IMG/VR virus record: IMGVR_UViG_3300022699_000302
Span: 64,001-128,000 of that record
Direction: 5' to 3' (one strand)
DNA from: a virus
DNA length: 64,000 nt
Within the stretch, counting starts at the first letter, position 1, and each line of letters opens with the position of its first letter. Under the pieces are notes generated by a model that saw only the letters and a program-made list of their open reading frames with translations, was not told where the DNA came from and did no database searches. This document shows, piece after piece, positions 1 through 10,035 of this stretch. The position numbers and the translations under genes were made by a program.

Positions 1-16
1 GCTCATCGGTGTCTCC

Positions 17-319
17 TTATCCAAAGTGCGCAACACGAACCAGCCATGCAGAAGCAGCCAACTCTCGTGCTCTCGAGCTGTCTGCATCGATCTCGTGGGC
101 GACTAATACGACGCTTGTGCCGCTTTTGGTCCATGTTCCGTGTGAGTTGCGAATAGAACTCCCTGATCGCCACCATGTAGTCTCGCGTTCGCTCATACCC
201 TCGAACCAGACTCGGACCGATCCAGTAGGGTGGACGAAGACCCGGAACGCCGGCATCTTCGGTTCTTTGATGTTTCGTAGTATCTGCCAACCCCGATTAT
301 CGAGATTCAGGTTTGTCAT
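17..319 (-). CDS. hypothetical protein, RGWQIL paralog family
   Basis: ORF track; start moved to MTNLNL after GGAGAGG; shares DxRGWQILxxI...FRVF with 2733..3140 and 3137..3544. Confidence 0.7.
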   Translation of the reverse strand: MTNLNLDNRGWQILRNIKEPKMPAFRVFVHPTGSVRVWFEGMSERETTWWRSGSSIRNSHGTWTKSGTSVVLVAHEIDADSSRARELAASAWLVRVAHFG

Positions 320-797
320 TCTTCCTCTCCTTTTCGAAGGATTCACGACGGATCGACGGATATTTCCCTGTTTTATGGTACACCAGATCTTTGTAGGTCA
401 GCGGTTTCAACGGCAGCGTGTCCTTGGCGTGTTGAAGGATCTCTTTATCCCAGTAGCCGTTTGAAACTTCTAAGGCACAGCAGCCGCCATGCATGTGCTC
501 GTAGAGCTGACAGTAACGGCGGTAAAGAGTTAGGGACGGGAGCTTCCAAGTGCCGTCAGGATTTTTCATCTCCCTTAGGTCTTTGAATTGGCGAGCCATT
601 TGACGGAGGTAGTCCCGTTCTTCGTTCTCGTCGTGAGCTTCTTCCCAGTACTCGTCGATCAGGAATTTATTGAGAGACTCTTGAGCCGCTGATTTCATGC
701 CTAGTACGACCCTGATAAACCTTCGAGCTTCCGTTTCTTCGTATTCCTTCTTTTTCTGCCTGTTCCTCTTTATCTTTTTTAGGACGGTGAAAAGCAT
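297..797 (-). CDS. hypothetical protein
   Basis: 166 aa ORF, GAGGAG RBS, first gene after the motif at 828. Confidence 0.75.
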   Translation of the reverse strand: MLFTVLKKIKRNRQKKKEYEETEARRFIRVVLGMKSAAQESLNKFLIDEYWEEAHDENEERDYLRQMARQFKDLREMKNPDGTWKLPSLTLYRRYCQLYEHMHGGCCALEVSNGYWDKEILQHAKDTLPLKPLTYKDLVYHKTGKYPSIRRESFEKERKNDKPESR

Positions 798-827
798 GGC
801 TACTCCTCGTTCAGTAAGGATCTATAG

Positions 828-836
828 TCTTAGGCC
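828..836 (-). promoter_or_regulatory. conserved phage promoter-like motif
   Basis: GGCCTAAGA-CTA-TAGA on the minus strand, between a terminator and the next gene. Confidence 0.7.
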
Positions 837-847
837 ACACCATAGGT

Positions 848-875
848 AAAAGAAAAGGCCCCCGGAGAGGCCTTC
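848..875 (-). terminator. intrinsic terminator
   Basis: GAAGGCCTCTCCGGGGGCCTTTTCTTTT hairpin plus U-tract. Confidence 0.7.
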
Positions 876-904
876 ACTCAGTTGGTTGCATCGGATGTGA
901 TCAA

Positions 905-1114
905 CTACTCTTCTCCCTGAGGTTGCCACATAAACCCGCAAACAGGGCAGTGCTTGAGATTATCGAGATCCCCGTTGAATTGATTATCGCACTCCGGGCA
1001 GTCTCCGTTATCGAGGCGACGCTGACGCTCTTTATACCGGGCAATGGTCTTACGTCGGCTCTCAGCGTACTTAGCGTCGATGTCATGGAGTTTCCTGGAT
1101 AGATCACTCATCAC
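905..1114 (-). CDS. small zinc-ribbon protein
   Basis: CPEC...CPVC in a 69 aa ORF. Confidence 0.7.
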   Translation of the reverse strand: MMSDLSRKLHDIDAKYAESRRKTIARYKERQRRLDNGDCPECDNQFNGDLDNLKHCPVCGFMWQPQGEE

Positions 1115-1485
1115 CTCTCCTTATACTCTTGGTCAATCTTCTTGAGCGTTTTGCCGAGCTCGTCATTCTTGGCCCGCTGCTCTTCGAAGAAAGTGTCGAT
1201 ATCGTCGATCACTCCGGACAGTGAGGTATTCTCTTCGAAGGACATGTCCATGATGCGGTTTAACAAGGCTGTAGCGGCATCGCGTTGCTCACACGCCCGA
1301 TCGGCAACAGCGTCACGGCGGGCGTACATGCGCTTGTACTCTTTGAGTTCCTTGAGAGTATCGAGCTCCCGCTTGGCGGCGTCAAGCGCACATTGGGCCC
1401 GTGTTTCCGACTTGATCACTTGCAGATCTTTCCTGAGGCTTTCGATCTCGGCCAGAGCCTCTTCTAGTGTGGTGGGGTCATCCAT
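1111..1485 (-). CDS. hypothetical coiled-coil protein
   Basis: 124 aa ORF overlapping its neighbour by 4 nt. Confidence 0.7.
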   Translation of the reverse strand: MDDPTTLEEALAEIESLRKDLQVIKSETRAQCALDAAKRELDTLKELKEYKRMYARRDAVADRACEQRDAATALLNRIMDMSFEENTSLSGVIDDIDTFFEEQRAKNDELGKTLKKIDQEYKER

Positions 1486-1805
1486 CTTTTTTCCTCTCTC
1501 TCTCCGCTCCGCCTCTTACGGAGGTTCGGTGTATCGTATCCTTCGAACTCCTCTTTCCGCTTTACCGCATAGAGACCCATGCGGTAGCCGTAAACAAAAG
1601 AGGATGCTTGGCTGAAGCTGTGGTAGGGCCCGCCGGTGCTCTCGTGGTCATCCTTTTCGTGAATCGCGGGGAAAATGATCGTGTATTTCCCGTTGGCCTG
1701 CTGCATCTTACCGCCGAGCTTTTCGATCTCGTCCTTGAGCTGGTTGGCCTTTGAGGCAACCGCCATTACATCCCGCAGTGAGTCGGGGTCAATCGTCATG
1801 TCCAT
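1464..1805 (-). CDS. hypothetical protein
   Basis: 113 aa ORF, RBS GGAGG. Confidence 0.65.
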   Translation of the reverse strand: MDMTIDPDSLRDVMAVASKANQLKDEIEKLGGKMQQANGKYTIIFPAIHEKDDHESTGGPYHSFSQASSFVYGYRMGLYAVKRKEEFEGYDTPNLRKRRSGEREEKRWMTPPH

Positions 1806-2323
1806 ACCTCCCAGGTAACTTCGTCTTTGATTTCACACCGCTTGTCGAGACCGCCGTTCCAGACACTACCCCTACCGTACCGGATATAGAGCGTGGGAAC
1901 CCATACTCCTGGTACAAGCTTTTCCCAGGCATCGATGTGTTCTTGTGCCGGGACCCCGAAGATTCGAGGCTTTTTGTGTTGATTGAACAGCGGCGGGCAT
2001 TCGGTCTGCAGCCAATCGATCGAACACCATGCCAGGGAGAACTCTCCCTCAACAGCGGAGCACTCTATGCCTTTGTGACCCCACCTGCGCCCAAGACGGA
2101 AGTAGTGTCCTCTGATGACCCTTTCTTCGTAGTCGGGTTGGTACATCGAAACGTAGATGTCAGCGTTATAGGTGTAGATTCGTTTGGGTTGCTCACACCA
2201 GATTTCGGCTTCCCGGAGGAACACAGCAGTGGCTTCTTCAATCTTGATCTGCGGAAGGTTCTCGTTGATCCAACACTGACCGTCACCGATTCGGGCGAGG
2301 GTCAGGTGTCCGTCAGCTCCCAT
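1796..2323 (-). CDS. hypothetical protein
   Basis: start reassigned to MGADGH after GGAGG. Confidence 0.65.
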   Translation of the reverse strand: MGADGHLTLARIGDGQCWINENLPQIKIEEATAVFLREAEIWCEQPKRIYTYNADIYVSMYQPDYEERVIRGHYFRLGRRWGHKGIECSAVEGEFSLAWCSIDWLQTECPPLFNQHKKPRIFGVPAQEHIDAWEKLVPGVWVPTLYIRYGRGSVWNGGLDKRCEIKDEVTWEVWT

Positions 2324-2660
2324 TATCTTCCTCCTTTGCGTGTTTGAGGTGGTTTTCGATGGTGGTGGCCAGCCCCTCACCGTTTTGGCGGAGAAGCTGC
2401 GCGGCCTGTTCCAGCAACTTCTGGGAGTACTCGCGGTCTTCACACCACGAACACTGGTGTTTGCCCGGTCGGACGACCTGCAGAGGCGCCCCGCACCCAT
2501 CACACCACGCCGGTCCATGGCCGTCGTCGCTCTGTTCGATGCGGGCGAGTTGGTCGTGGACCTCGTCGTATCGAACCCACTCGCCATTCTCGTCGGGGAC
2601 AATAGCGGAAACGGTGCTTCCCGTGCAGTTTTCTCGGATCGTTACTGTGTATCGTTTCAT
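2313..2660 (-). CDS. hypothetical protein with CxxC...CxxC zinc motif
   Basis: start MKRYTV after GAGGAG; WCDGC...CSWC. Confidence 0.65.
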   Translation of the reverse strand: MKRYTVTIRENCTGSTVSAIVPDENGEWVRYDEVHDQLARIEQSDDGHGPAWCDGCGAPLQVVRPGKHQCSWCEDREYSQKLLEQAAQLLRQNGEGLATTIENHLKHAKEEDNGS

Positions 2661-2732
2661 CCTACTCCTCCTCGTTTTTGGTTTCGTCGGATGCAGCCAA
2701 GATCTCGAGCCTGAATTGGTCATGGGTTCTCC

Positions 2733-3140
2733 CTATAAATTCGGACTTGCCGCTGCGCAGATTTCGTATAGCTTCGCGCTGAATACGCGAGAGTTGACGC
2801 GAGAGTTGACCTGATCGGTTAGGACTGCGGTAACGAATTTTTTGATGTAAGGAAGACTTGCTGAGCGATTGAGTTCGACTCCTGTGCCGTTCTTTACTCG
2901 CTCCTGTACCGACTCGAAAGTCATACCCGATTCGATATCACTGTCTAACTTGCCCTTGCTAAAGAAGAATGTGCGGCCATGCAGGGTGTTCGCGGACTCG
3001 ACCCATATGTTGACATCTCCATCGGCAAACGATCCTGGACCAAACCTGAAAACGCGGAACAGCTGAAGCGGGTTTATATGGATATCGTTGAGTATCTGCC
3101 AACCTCGTTGGTCAAGGTTTAGAAGGGATGGCGTTGTCAT
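2733..3140 (-). CDS. hypothetical protein, RGWQIL paralog family
   Basis: DQRGWQILNDI...FRVFRF...DVNIW. Confidence 0.75.
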   Translation of the reverse strand: MTTPSLLNLDQRGWQILNDIHINPLQLFRVFRFGPGSFADGDVNIWVESANTLHGRTFFFSKGKLDSDIESGMTFESVQERVKNGTGVELNRSASLPYIKKFVTAVLTDQVNSRVNSRVFSAKLYEICAAASPNL

Positions 3141-3544
3141 GACAACTCCTTTTTTGGGGGATATGCCCGGATAAGATCGTTGATTGCGTCTGCATGAGCC
3201 TCGGATCGCTTCGACAGGGACAGCTGTTCCTCTATGTGATTTGAAAGCGCTTGAAGATAAAGGCGGATCTCAGTCTCGTCGGTCAGCTCTTCGGCCTCCT
3301 GTCTAGCTAAGTAGTCCTCCATATCGTGAAGAGTGCATCCCAGGCCACCAAAGCAGCCCCTCTTCCCGAGGTTGAAAAAGAAGGTGGCTTGGCGGAGACC
3401 CAGGGGAGCTATCCAGACGTTGACATCGCCGTTGCCGACATCTTCGGTGAACCGAAAAACCCGACACTGAAGGTCGGGCTCTCTGATATCTCGTAATATT
3501 TGCCAGCCTCGGTGATCATGCCCCGGCAGTTTCTTCACAGCCAT
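3137..3544 (-). CDS. hypothetical protein, RGWQIL paralog family
   Basis: DHRGWQILRDI...RVFRF...DVNVW; start MAVKK. Confidence 0.75.
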   Translation of the reverse strand: MAVKKLPGHDHRGWQILRDIREPDLQCRVFRFTEDVGNGDVNVWIAPLGLRQATFFFNLGKRGCFGGLGCTLHDMEDYLARQEAEELTDETEIRLYLQALSNHIEEQLSLSKRSEAHADAINDLIRAYPPKKELS

Positions 3545-3777
3545 TACTCCTTCTCCTCTTCTTTTGCTTCGAGGATAGATCCTGTAAAACGAATGCCGTC
3601 CCACCCGAGATCCGAATCGATTTCGCCTCCGGTGTGCCGGTTGAATTTCCAGTCACCGCAGATGATGAGAATGTTGGTTACAGAGGTAACCTTGAGTTCT
3701 ACAGGTACACCGCCGTGTTTCCCACCTATCCATCGGGTGACGGCATCTCCTGGTCTGAGTTCTTTCAGTTCTTTCAC
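3544..3777 (-). CDS. small beta-barrel-like hypothetical protein
   Basis: 77 aa ORF, GGAGG RBS. Confidence 0.7.
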   Translation of the reverse strand: MKELKELRPGDAVTRWIGGKHGGVPVELKVTSVTNILIICGDWKFNRHTGGEIDSDLGWDGIRFTGSILEAKEEEKE

Positions 3778-3786
3778 TGCGCCTCC

Positions 3787-4110
3787 TTACCCTCCTTTAT
3801 CGATGTACTTATTTGTTTCGACGGCATGATTAGCCAGTTCGGTTAAGATATGATCGGGGAGCTCTTCATCAGGCTCTTCGTTGTAGATCAGATCTACGAA
3901 GAGATCGACGGTGTCGATATAGTCGTAGGTGCTGTCTTCGTGGTGAGACAAAACCCCGTCGAGAGCAAGACCGGCATCCCGGCACAGCCCCCAGAGTCCA
4001 GGGAAGCCGCCGAGTAACGGACCATAGTCGTCGTAGAACTTTTGGTATCGTGAATCCTGGTGGAATACTGCTGAAACAGCAGCTACCACAGTCCAGCTAT
4101 CATCGCTCAT
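3787..4110 (-). CDS. hypothetical protein
   Basis: 107 aa acidic ORF with RBS. Confidence 0.7.
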   Translation of the reverse strand: MSDDSWTVVAAVSAVFHQDSRYQKFYDDYGPLLGGFPGLWGLCRDAGLALDGVLSHHEDSTYDYIDTVDLFVDLIYNEEPDEELPDHILTELANHAVETNKYIDKGG

Positions 4111-4173
4111 GAATTCTCCTATCCGCGTATAAAAAAGAGGGCCGAAGCCTCGTACGGGAAAACCTCTCTATTG

Positions 4174-4182
4174 TCTTAGGCC
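4174..4182 (-). promoter_or_regulatory. conserved phage promoter-like motif
   Basis: GGCCTAAGA-CAA-TAGA. Confidence 0.7.
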
Positions 4183-4188
4183 GCATCC

Positions 4189-4533
4189 CTACGAATCTTC
4201 CGTAGTCTTGCTAAACCGCTGAAAGTCAGCAGATGCCTGAACTTTCTTGATGATACGCCGGATCTTGGACTTATCGGTTACCGGGTCCAATTCGGTGTAT
4301 CCGCCGACCGACGTCATTTCTTCCATGTTGATCCCGCACTTTCTAAACCCCTTGCGGACATAGTTCTTTCCCCGGTATTGGTGGTAGGTACTAGCGTTCT
4401 CTGACATGCCTTTGTGCCATACCAATAGGGCTTGATCACTCCGGAAGACCCGCCAGTTTCTCAGATCGGATAGAGTGTCGGTCTGAGTGAGGTACTTCCA
4501 GTTTCGTTCGTCGTGACCGATCCATCGCTCCAT
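4189..4533 (-). CDS. hypothetical protein, distant RGWQIL family member
   Basis: GHDERNWKYL...WRVFR...LLVW. Confidence 0.7.
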   Translation of the reverse strand: MERWIGHDERNWKYLTQTDTLSDLRNWRVFRSDQALLVWHKGMSENASTYHQYRGKNYVRKGFRKCGINMEEMTSVGGYTELDPVTDKSKIRRIIKKVQASADFQRFSKTTEDS

Positions 4534-4546
4534 AGTGGTCTCCTAT

Positions 4547-4576
4547 AAAAAAGAGGTTCCCCCGGGGGAACCTCTT
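4547..4576 (-). terminator. intrinsic terminator
   Basis: AAGAGGTTCCCC/GGGGAACCTCTT hairpin plus U-tract. Confidence 0.75.
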
Positions 4577-4582
4577 CAGGAC

Positions 4583-4954
4583 TCAGTCCTTTTTCTCTTT
4601 CTTCTTTTCTTCCTTTGCGGCCTTCAGCGTGGCGAGCCGCTCCTCCCGCTTTGCCCTGAGCGTTGAGGAGTCTTCGAACGGCTCACTGGGGAGGAGCATG
4701 ATCTCATTGACTTCGACGGCCCGACCGATGTGGCCGTTGGTCTGAACGGCTCGGATCAGGTAGTGGAGTTGCACCCCGCCGATGCAACGTTGCATCTTCT
4801 GCTCCAGCACGACGAACCTTGCTTGAGCGTCGGAGCTGAACGGAAGATCGTCCTGCTCCTCTGGTGTGCCGACCGCCCGGACGATGTCTCCAATCTCGTA
4901 TTTGAAGACATTATCCATCATTTCCATGCACGTCTTGACTGCTTCCGGTGTCAT
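4583..4954 (-). CDS. hypothetical protein
   Basis: start MTPEAV; first gene after the motif at 5038. Confidence 0.65.
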   Translation of the reverse strand: MTPEAVKTCMEMMDNVFKYEIGDIVRAVGTPEEQDDLPFSSDAQARFVVLEQKMQRCIGGVQLHYLIRAVQTNGHIGRAVEVNEIMLLPSEPFEDSSTLRAKREERLATLKAAKEEKKKEKKD

Positions 4955-5037
4955 GTATTCCTTTCGCTTGCTATGCAAATAAAGAGGGCCTCCACAACGG
5001 AAGCCCCTGATCTCTAGACAAGAATTCGGTAGCATCT

Positions 5038-5046
5038 TCTTAGGCC
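5038..5046 (-). promoter_or_regulatory. conserved phage promoter-like motif
   Basis: GGCCTAAGA at the divergent junction. Confidence 0.65.
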
Positions 5047-5099
5047 ATATTTTTGGCATAGCTATACTGGTATCAGATGTCAGGCAGAAGGCCTACCAC

Positions 5100-5639
5100 A
5101 TGCGTGTTGAATATGATAGCCGTCACTCTAGAGAAGCGGTGTTGATCGAGCGAATTCTAAAGAAGCTGGAGTGTTTAAAAGAGACCAGCTTAATTGGATA
5201 TGATTTGATCTTACAGACGCTTAGATCTCAGGGGTACCCAACGACTTATCGTCGATTGGCATTGGTATCTGATCGGCGTAGGCTTGAAGCTATTTTAGCT
5301 ATACTTGATAAGGCCATTGAAGGCGTATTGCCTGGTTTAACTTGGAAGGGGCTTATTGCCGACGGAACACCCGCTAATGGCGGTGATCCGTACATAGCTA
5401 GTGTTGGTGAGATTATTCTAGCCAACGGCACCAACCCGTTTACGATTACGCTGCCAGATCCCGCACAACCAGAGAACGAGAAGGCCCTCATTACAGTAAA
5501 ACTCGTGGCAGGTCCCGGTCCGGTTACCGTTGATGTTGACGGAGGAACTTTAGTAGACGGGGACCCCAATATCGAGCTGCAAGTCGAAGACATCACTTTC
5601 ATGTTTCACGCTGTGGACGGTATTTACCGTGTCTTATAG
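5100..5639 (+). CDS. putative virion/tail-associated protein
   Basis: 179 aa; C-terminal FTITLP...ITVK...VTVD beta module typical of fibre proteins. Confidence 0.65.
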   Translation: MRVEYDSRHSREAVLIERILKKLECLKETSLIGYDLILQTLRSQGYPTTYRRLALVSDRRRLEAILAILDKAIEGVLPGLTWKGLIADGTPANGGDPYIASVGEIILANGTNPFTITLPDPAQPENEKALITVKLVAGPGPVTVDVDGGTLVDGDPNIELQVEDITFMFHAVDGIYRVL

Positions 5640-5677
5640 GAGGCCTTGCTATTTCTCATACGCTGCCTCTTCATGTC

Positions 5678-6241
5678 TTGTGGCAAGTGCCCGTCGACGA
5701 AGTCGCAGTGTCTCCGTCTGGCGGAGAACTGGGTGACAACGGATATCGCGTGCTTGTTCGAGGGGCCGGAGCGGGTGCTTTTGTCGGTCATGATAATGAG
5801 CTAGCCACCTGGAATGACTCTAATGCTCTGTGGGAGTTTGACGCTCCCGTTTCCGGTATGGCCGTTATCGACGCAAGTACAGGAATTCTGTACACTTATA
5901 ACGGCACGACGTGGGTCATTAGCGGGGGCGGTTTTACTACCGTCAGTGAAGTGATTCTGTCTTTTCCCGACACAGTTCCCGCAGGCACGGCGATCAATAT
6001 TCAAACTGGAGTATATGGAGGCGGAGGCCCTGCTACTGTGTTCGGAGACTTGATCACACTCCCTGCAGTCGGGGCAACGTTCAAGACTGACGGCCGTGTT
6101 CAGGTACACCTGAACGGTCAGAACCTGTTCAAGGGAGACAGTATTGGCGATGAAACAGCTAACTGGGTAAGTAGTACTCAATTAGCTTTTGATGTCAAAG
6201 TGAAAAAGTTTTCTATCGTCAAAGTCGTCACGATTTCATAA
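5678..6241 (+). CDS. putative tail fibre-associated protein (DUF2793-like N-terminus)
   Basis: GAFVGHDNELATW...LYTYNGTTW; start uncertain; C-terminus shares WVSSTQLAF with the next gene. Confidence 0.6.
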   Translation: MWQVPVDEVAVSPSGGELGDNGYRVLVRGAGAGAFVGHDNELATWNDSNALWEFDAPVSGMAVIDASTGILYTYNGTTWVISGGGFTTVSEVILSFPDTVPAGTAINIQTGVYGGGGPATVFGDLITLPAVGATFKTDGRVQVHLNGQNLFKGDSIGDETANWVSSTQLAFDVKVKKFSIVKVVTIS

Positions 6242-6262
6242 TAAGACCTCAGGGGAAAGCTC

Positions 6263-7369
6263 ATGCCTAACCGGCTGACACAAGAAGAACAAATACGGAA
6301 CTCCGACGCGTATTCGGATGCCGAAACAACAGGTTCCGGGATGGAGGCCGCTGAAGACGCCTCTAATTTGCAGGCGGACCTGAACAACCTCCGCACCATG
6401 CTGCGTCGTCATGTCAATGGTGCGGGCAGTCGTAACTGGTACGACGATGTCCTCGACGGCTTTGGTCTCGACCAGATCCACGATAAAGCGCTCGTAATTC
6501 GCATGCCGTTTCGCCAGACCGGTGCGAACCCGGCTAACTTCACTCTGGCCGGCGGTCCGCTGGCTGGTGTCCTCACCCCGGCCTCACAGTACCCTGGCGG
6601 TGCAGGCACGATTGCTGTCGGCGGTGGCTCCACGGAAGATGGCGGATTCCAGGCTGCGGACGAGTCCAACTTCACCGTCGCTGGTACGCTGGGTGTGGGT
6701 CTTACAACGGTAACTGACCCGAACGGCGCGGTCCTCAACGCGGTCGATCTCATCGATGCCGCTACCAACGACGTGCCCAAGACTACTGATGATGAGATCA
6801 TCTTCGGTCTCTTGCAGGTGGTGACCGGAACGGCCGACGGCGCTGCGATCGGCGGAGCCGCGTCAGAGACTCTTCAGATCAGTTTTGTTTACCTCGATAA
6901 GGTGACTGATACGATTACGGCGACGACGCTGCCGGACGGGACGTATCACTATGCTCCGGGGCGTCTCTCGACGTTCTACTCGCTGGCACGCGGTGCCCTG
7001 CTCACGCCGGGTGGTTCAATCGCTGAAGCCGGTGGTACGGCTCCTCGTCTTCCGTTCAATGAGTTCGAGATCTCCAGCTCACCGCGTCCCGCCGCGAACG
7101 ACCCGTTCACCATCACAACCGGGACGTTCACCACTGCTGGCGCTCAGACTGCGGTGTCGAGTGACGGTACCGTGGCGCTACCGTCGAGTGGTGCCGAATT
7201 CCGGGACGACTCCCGGATCGAGGTCTACCGTAACGGTGTCTTGCAGTCCAAAGGAGCTGACGCCTCGGAGAACCGGGATGTTTACTGGGTAAGCTCGACA
7301 CAACTCGCGTTTGAGACTAAGCTCAAGTTGAACGACACGATTATGATCGTGACGCCTGAAAGCTTCTAA
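6263..7369 (+). CDS. putative virion structural protein
   Basis: 368 aa, G/T/A-rich, C-terminal VYRNG...WVSSTQLAF module. Confidence 0.7.
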   Translation: MPNRLTQEEQIRNSDAYSDAETTGSGMEAAEDASNLQADLNNLRTMLRRHVNGAGSRNWYDDVLDGFGLDQIHDKALVIRMPFRQTGANPANFTLAGGPLAGVLTPASQYPGGAGTIAVGGGSTEDGGFQAADESNFTVAGTLGVGLTTVTDPNGAVLNAVDLIDAATNDVPKTTDDEIIFGLLQVVTGTADGAAIGGAASETLQISFVYLDKVTDTITATTLPDGTYHYAPGRLSTFYSLARGALLTPGGSIAEAGGTAPRLPFNEFEISSSPRPAANDPFTITTGTFTTAGAQTAVSSDGTVALPSSGAEFRDDSRIEVYRNGVLQSKGADASENRDVYWVSSTQLAFETKLKLNDTIMIVTPESF

Positions 7370-7379
7370 GAGGTAGGCA

Positions 7380-7553
7380 ATGCCTGAACTGGCGGACGAT
7401 CAAGTACCGAAGACAGCGTGGCATCTTGGGGGTCGCGGTGAAGATGCAGTGCTTAGTCAGTATGAGCAACGTATGATTTTCGATCACTACGTGATCCCCG
7501 AGGATACGACGCTTACAGTTCACGAGAACGGGCAGTTCAGGGTGACGGCATGA
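7380..7553 (+). CDS. small hypothetical protein (not in ORF track)
   Basis: 57 aa MPELADD...FRVTA, GAGGTAGG RBS, ATGA overlap with the next gene. Confidence 0.55.
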   Translation: MPELADDQVPKTAWHLGGRGEDAVLSQYEQRMIFDHYVIPEDTTLTVHENGQFRVTA

Positions 7554-9436
7554 CCGCAGGTTACATCGACATTCAGAGTGGCTCAGAACCGAGCAATCCC
7601 CCGAGCGGATTCTTTCGTTTGTTCGGGGAAGGCGGAGCGTTCAAAGTCAAGGACGACGCGGGCGGTATCGGTGTATTGGGGTCCAGCCCTGAGCGTGTCT
7701 TCACGGTTGAGGAAAATGGTAAGGCCGATTTCGACAAGCTGGAAGACGCAATAGCGGCAGTCAACGCGTTGATGCCCGCACCGGATGCTTTTACTCCTGC
7801 CGCGATCAGAGTGTTCCCCGGAACGTATACCGTCCCGAATACGCAGGTTGTTCCCGAGGGCACGACCATTGAGGGTATCGGTTTCCCGATCATCACTACG
7901 GCAGTTACATCCAATCCGGTTTTCGAGCTAACGAATAACGCCAGTGCTTTACGCAACCTCGTTATTTTCGGAGCGTCCGGTGCAGGTGGGGTTGGTGTTC
8001 AATTCACGGGCGGCACAGGCGAGCGAGCGCAGCTAATCGGTTGTGTCATCAGCGGCAATGAGACCGGCATCGAAGTGGTCAGCCCGGATGATCTTGGGAT
8101 ACTCGCGAACTTCTTCAACATCTTCAGCAACAATACTACAGGTTTGCGGATCACTGACGGAACGTTGTTTCAGCGTGACGACACGTTTCAGGCGAACACC
8201 AGTCTTGACCTTGAGGTTCTGACAGCGGACGCTCGATTCCTGTCGGTCGGTGCCAGCTTCAGTCAGTTGACGGCGAATATTGACTCTGCCGCCACGGCTG
8301 TCGGCGCCCATATTTCCGAGGTTGACGGGGACGAGTCTTACCGGATCATGGGAGAGTTTTCGGTCGGTCATCCCGATGAGGGGCATCGAGCGGGGTTCGG
8401 TAAAGGCACTTCAAGCGCACTGAACATTACGGCACTTACGAATACCAACGGAGAGATTGGTACGTGGGCGGACATCACTACACAGCTTGAAAGCCCGCTC
8501 GGTTCCGTCGCCGCTCTGTTTCCCGGCACCGCAGCGGAAAACACGTTCTATCTCGGCCATCCTGAAAAATTCGTGGGCCTCGACAATATTGTTTCAACCG
8601 CAATGGTGCTTGGAAGTGGCGCGGTTGCCGTTGAATTTTGGAACGGTGCGGCATGGGTCGGGGTCAACCACATGTCCACTACTGCTGACGATTCTCCGCC
8701 ACAGCAGTACGCGGATGCTTTGTGGGAGCGCGTGGATGACGAGCACGTCAGATTCGACGACATGCCGGGTTGGGCACAGAAAAGCCTGAATGGGACCACG
8801 GCGTACTGGATCAGGGTCAGGATCACGTCTGCCATCACGACGGTGCCGCAAGCGCAGCACATGAAGCCGCACTTCGATTCGACCGAGATTTCGCGCACCG
8901 GTCAGGTCACGTTATTCGGAGCGGCGGAACCCAAGATTGTTCTGCCGACCAACTGGTCGAACTTCAACGACGTTCAGGGGTTCCCTGCTGGAAACGTTTT
9001 CATCGACTACAGTCCGCAGGTTTCCGTCCTAAGTCTTGACGCTGATTTCGACGACGGATCGGTCAACGCGGTCGGGACACTGATCCAGATTCCCTCGGGT
9101 CTCGACACGTCGAAACCGATTGAGCTTTCGGTGCAATGGATTCCGAAAAGTACCGGAGGTGATGTTGAGTTACAAACCGTCGAGACTTTGGTGCGTGAAG
9201 GGGATACTCTCGACGGTACACTGGCTGAAACATTCAGCAGTAAAGTCGTCACGGCTCCGGCAACAAACGTTCTCGTCACGACTACGTTCCAGTTCGACGT
9301 GTCTGAGTTGACTCCGTCGGACTTTCTGGCCATCACCTTGTTTCGTGATGCCATGGGCGGTAACGCAGACGACACTTTGTTGGGAGACGTGCATATCGTG
9401 CGTGCTTCGATAAGGGGCTTTAGGTGGCTGGCATGA
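7550..9436 (+). CDS. tail fibre/spike protein with putative beta-helix region
   Basis: 628 aa; ADFDKLEDAIAA...IRVFPGTY, typical of pectin-lyase-fold N-termini. Confidence 0.65.
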   Translation: MTAGYIDIQSGSEPSNPPSGFFRLFGEGGAFKVKDDAGGIGVLGSSPERVFTVEENGKADFDKLEDAIAAVNALMPAPDAFTPAAIRVFPGTYTVPNTQVVPEGTTIEGIGFPIITTAVTSNPVFELTNNASALRNLVIFGASGAGGVGVQFTGGTGERAQLIGCVISGNETGIEVVSPDDLGILANFFNIFSNNTTGLRITDGTLFQRDDTFQANTSLDLEVLTADARFLSVGASFSQLTANIDSAATAVGAHISEVDGDESYRIMGEFSVGHPDEGHRAGFGKGTSSALNITALTNTNGEIGTWADITTQLESPLGSVAALFPGTAAENTFYLGHPEKFVGLDNIVSTAMVLGSGAVAVEFWNGAAWVGVNHMSTTADDSPPQQYADALWERVDDEHVRFDDMPGWAQKSLNGTTAYWIRVRITSAITTVPQAQHMKPHFDSTEISRTGQVTLFGAAEPKIVLPTNWSNFNDVQGFPAGNVFIDYSPQVSVLSLDADFDDGSVNAVGTLIQIPSGLDTSKPIELSVQWIPKSTGGDVELQTVETLVREGDTLDGTLAETFSSKVVTAPATNVLVTTTFQFDVSELTPSDFLAITLFRDAMGGNADDTLLGDVHIVRASIRGFRWLA

Positions 9437-10035
9437 AATACGTTTATCTTGATGCCGACGGGTTGGTGGTTGCTACGTCGAATGTGCAGCGCGAGATCAC
9501 GTTGCCCAAGTTGGTCGAACTTGGCGTGGTTGAGCGTATTGATGGCGCACCGGATGAGGTTTCCGCTCCGGGCGATTTCGGTTCAACCTCGACGTACACC
9601 AAGGTTAAGGGCGACGGCACCAGTACTGACGACTACGAGAAGTCCGACAACCTTCAACCGATCAAAGAACGTAGGTATCGTGAAATTGACTCACGCACGT
9701 CTCAGTTGATCGCACAGGGGTTCAAGCATCAGGACAAAACATTCAGTCTGTCGGAACAGGCGCAGAACAACATGATCGGGGTTCGCACGGCTATTGCGGA
9801 TCACCGGGCCAGCGGGACACTGCCAGACTTTGAATCAGCGTTCTTTCCGATCACGTTCAACACCTTGAACGACGACGACTCAATGAAGATTATCGACTCC
9901 GACGAATACATGGCGTTCTACGACGACGCGATGAGCACGATTCGGTCACACCTCGATGGAGGCACTGCACTCAAGAAAGACATCCGTGCCGCGACTACCA
10001 AGGCAGAAGTTGACGCTGTGGTAGACAACCGATGA
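9424..10035 (+). CDS. tail fibre assembly-like protein (DUF4376-like)
   Basis: follows the fibre gene; C-terminal LKKDIRAATTKAEVDAV. Confidence 0.55.
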   Translation: MAGMKYVYLDADGLVVATSNVQREITLPKLVELGVVERIDGAPDEVSAPGDFGSTSTYTKVKGDGTSTDDYEKSDNLQPIKERRYREIDSRTSQLIAQGFKHQDKTFSLSEQAQNNMIGVRTAIADHRASGTLPDFESAFFPITFNTLNDDDSMKIIDSDEYMAFYDDAMSTIRSHLDGGTALKKDIRAATTKAEVDAVVDNR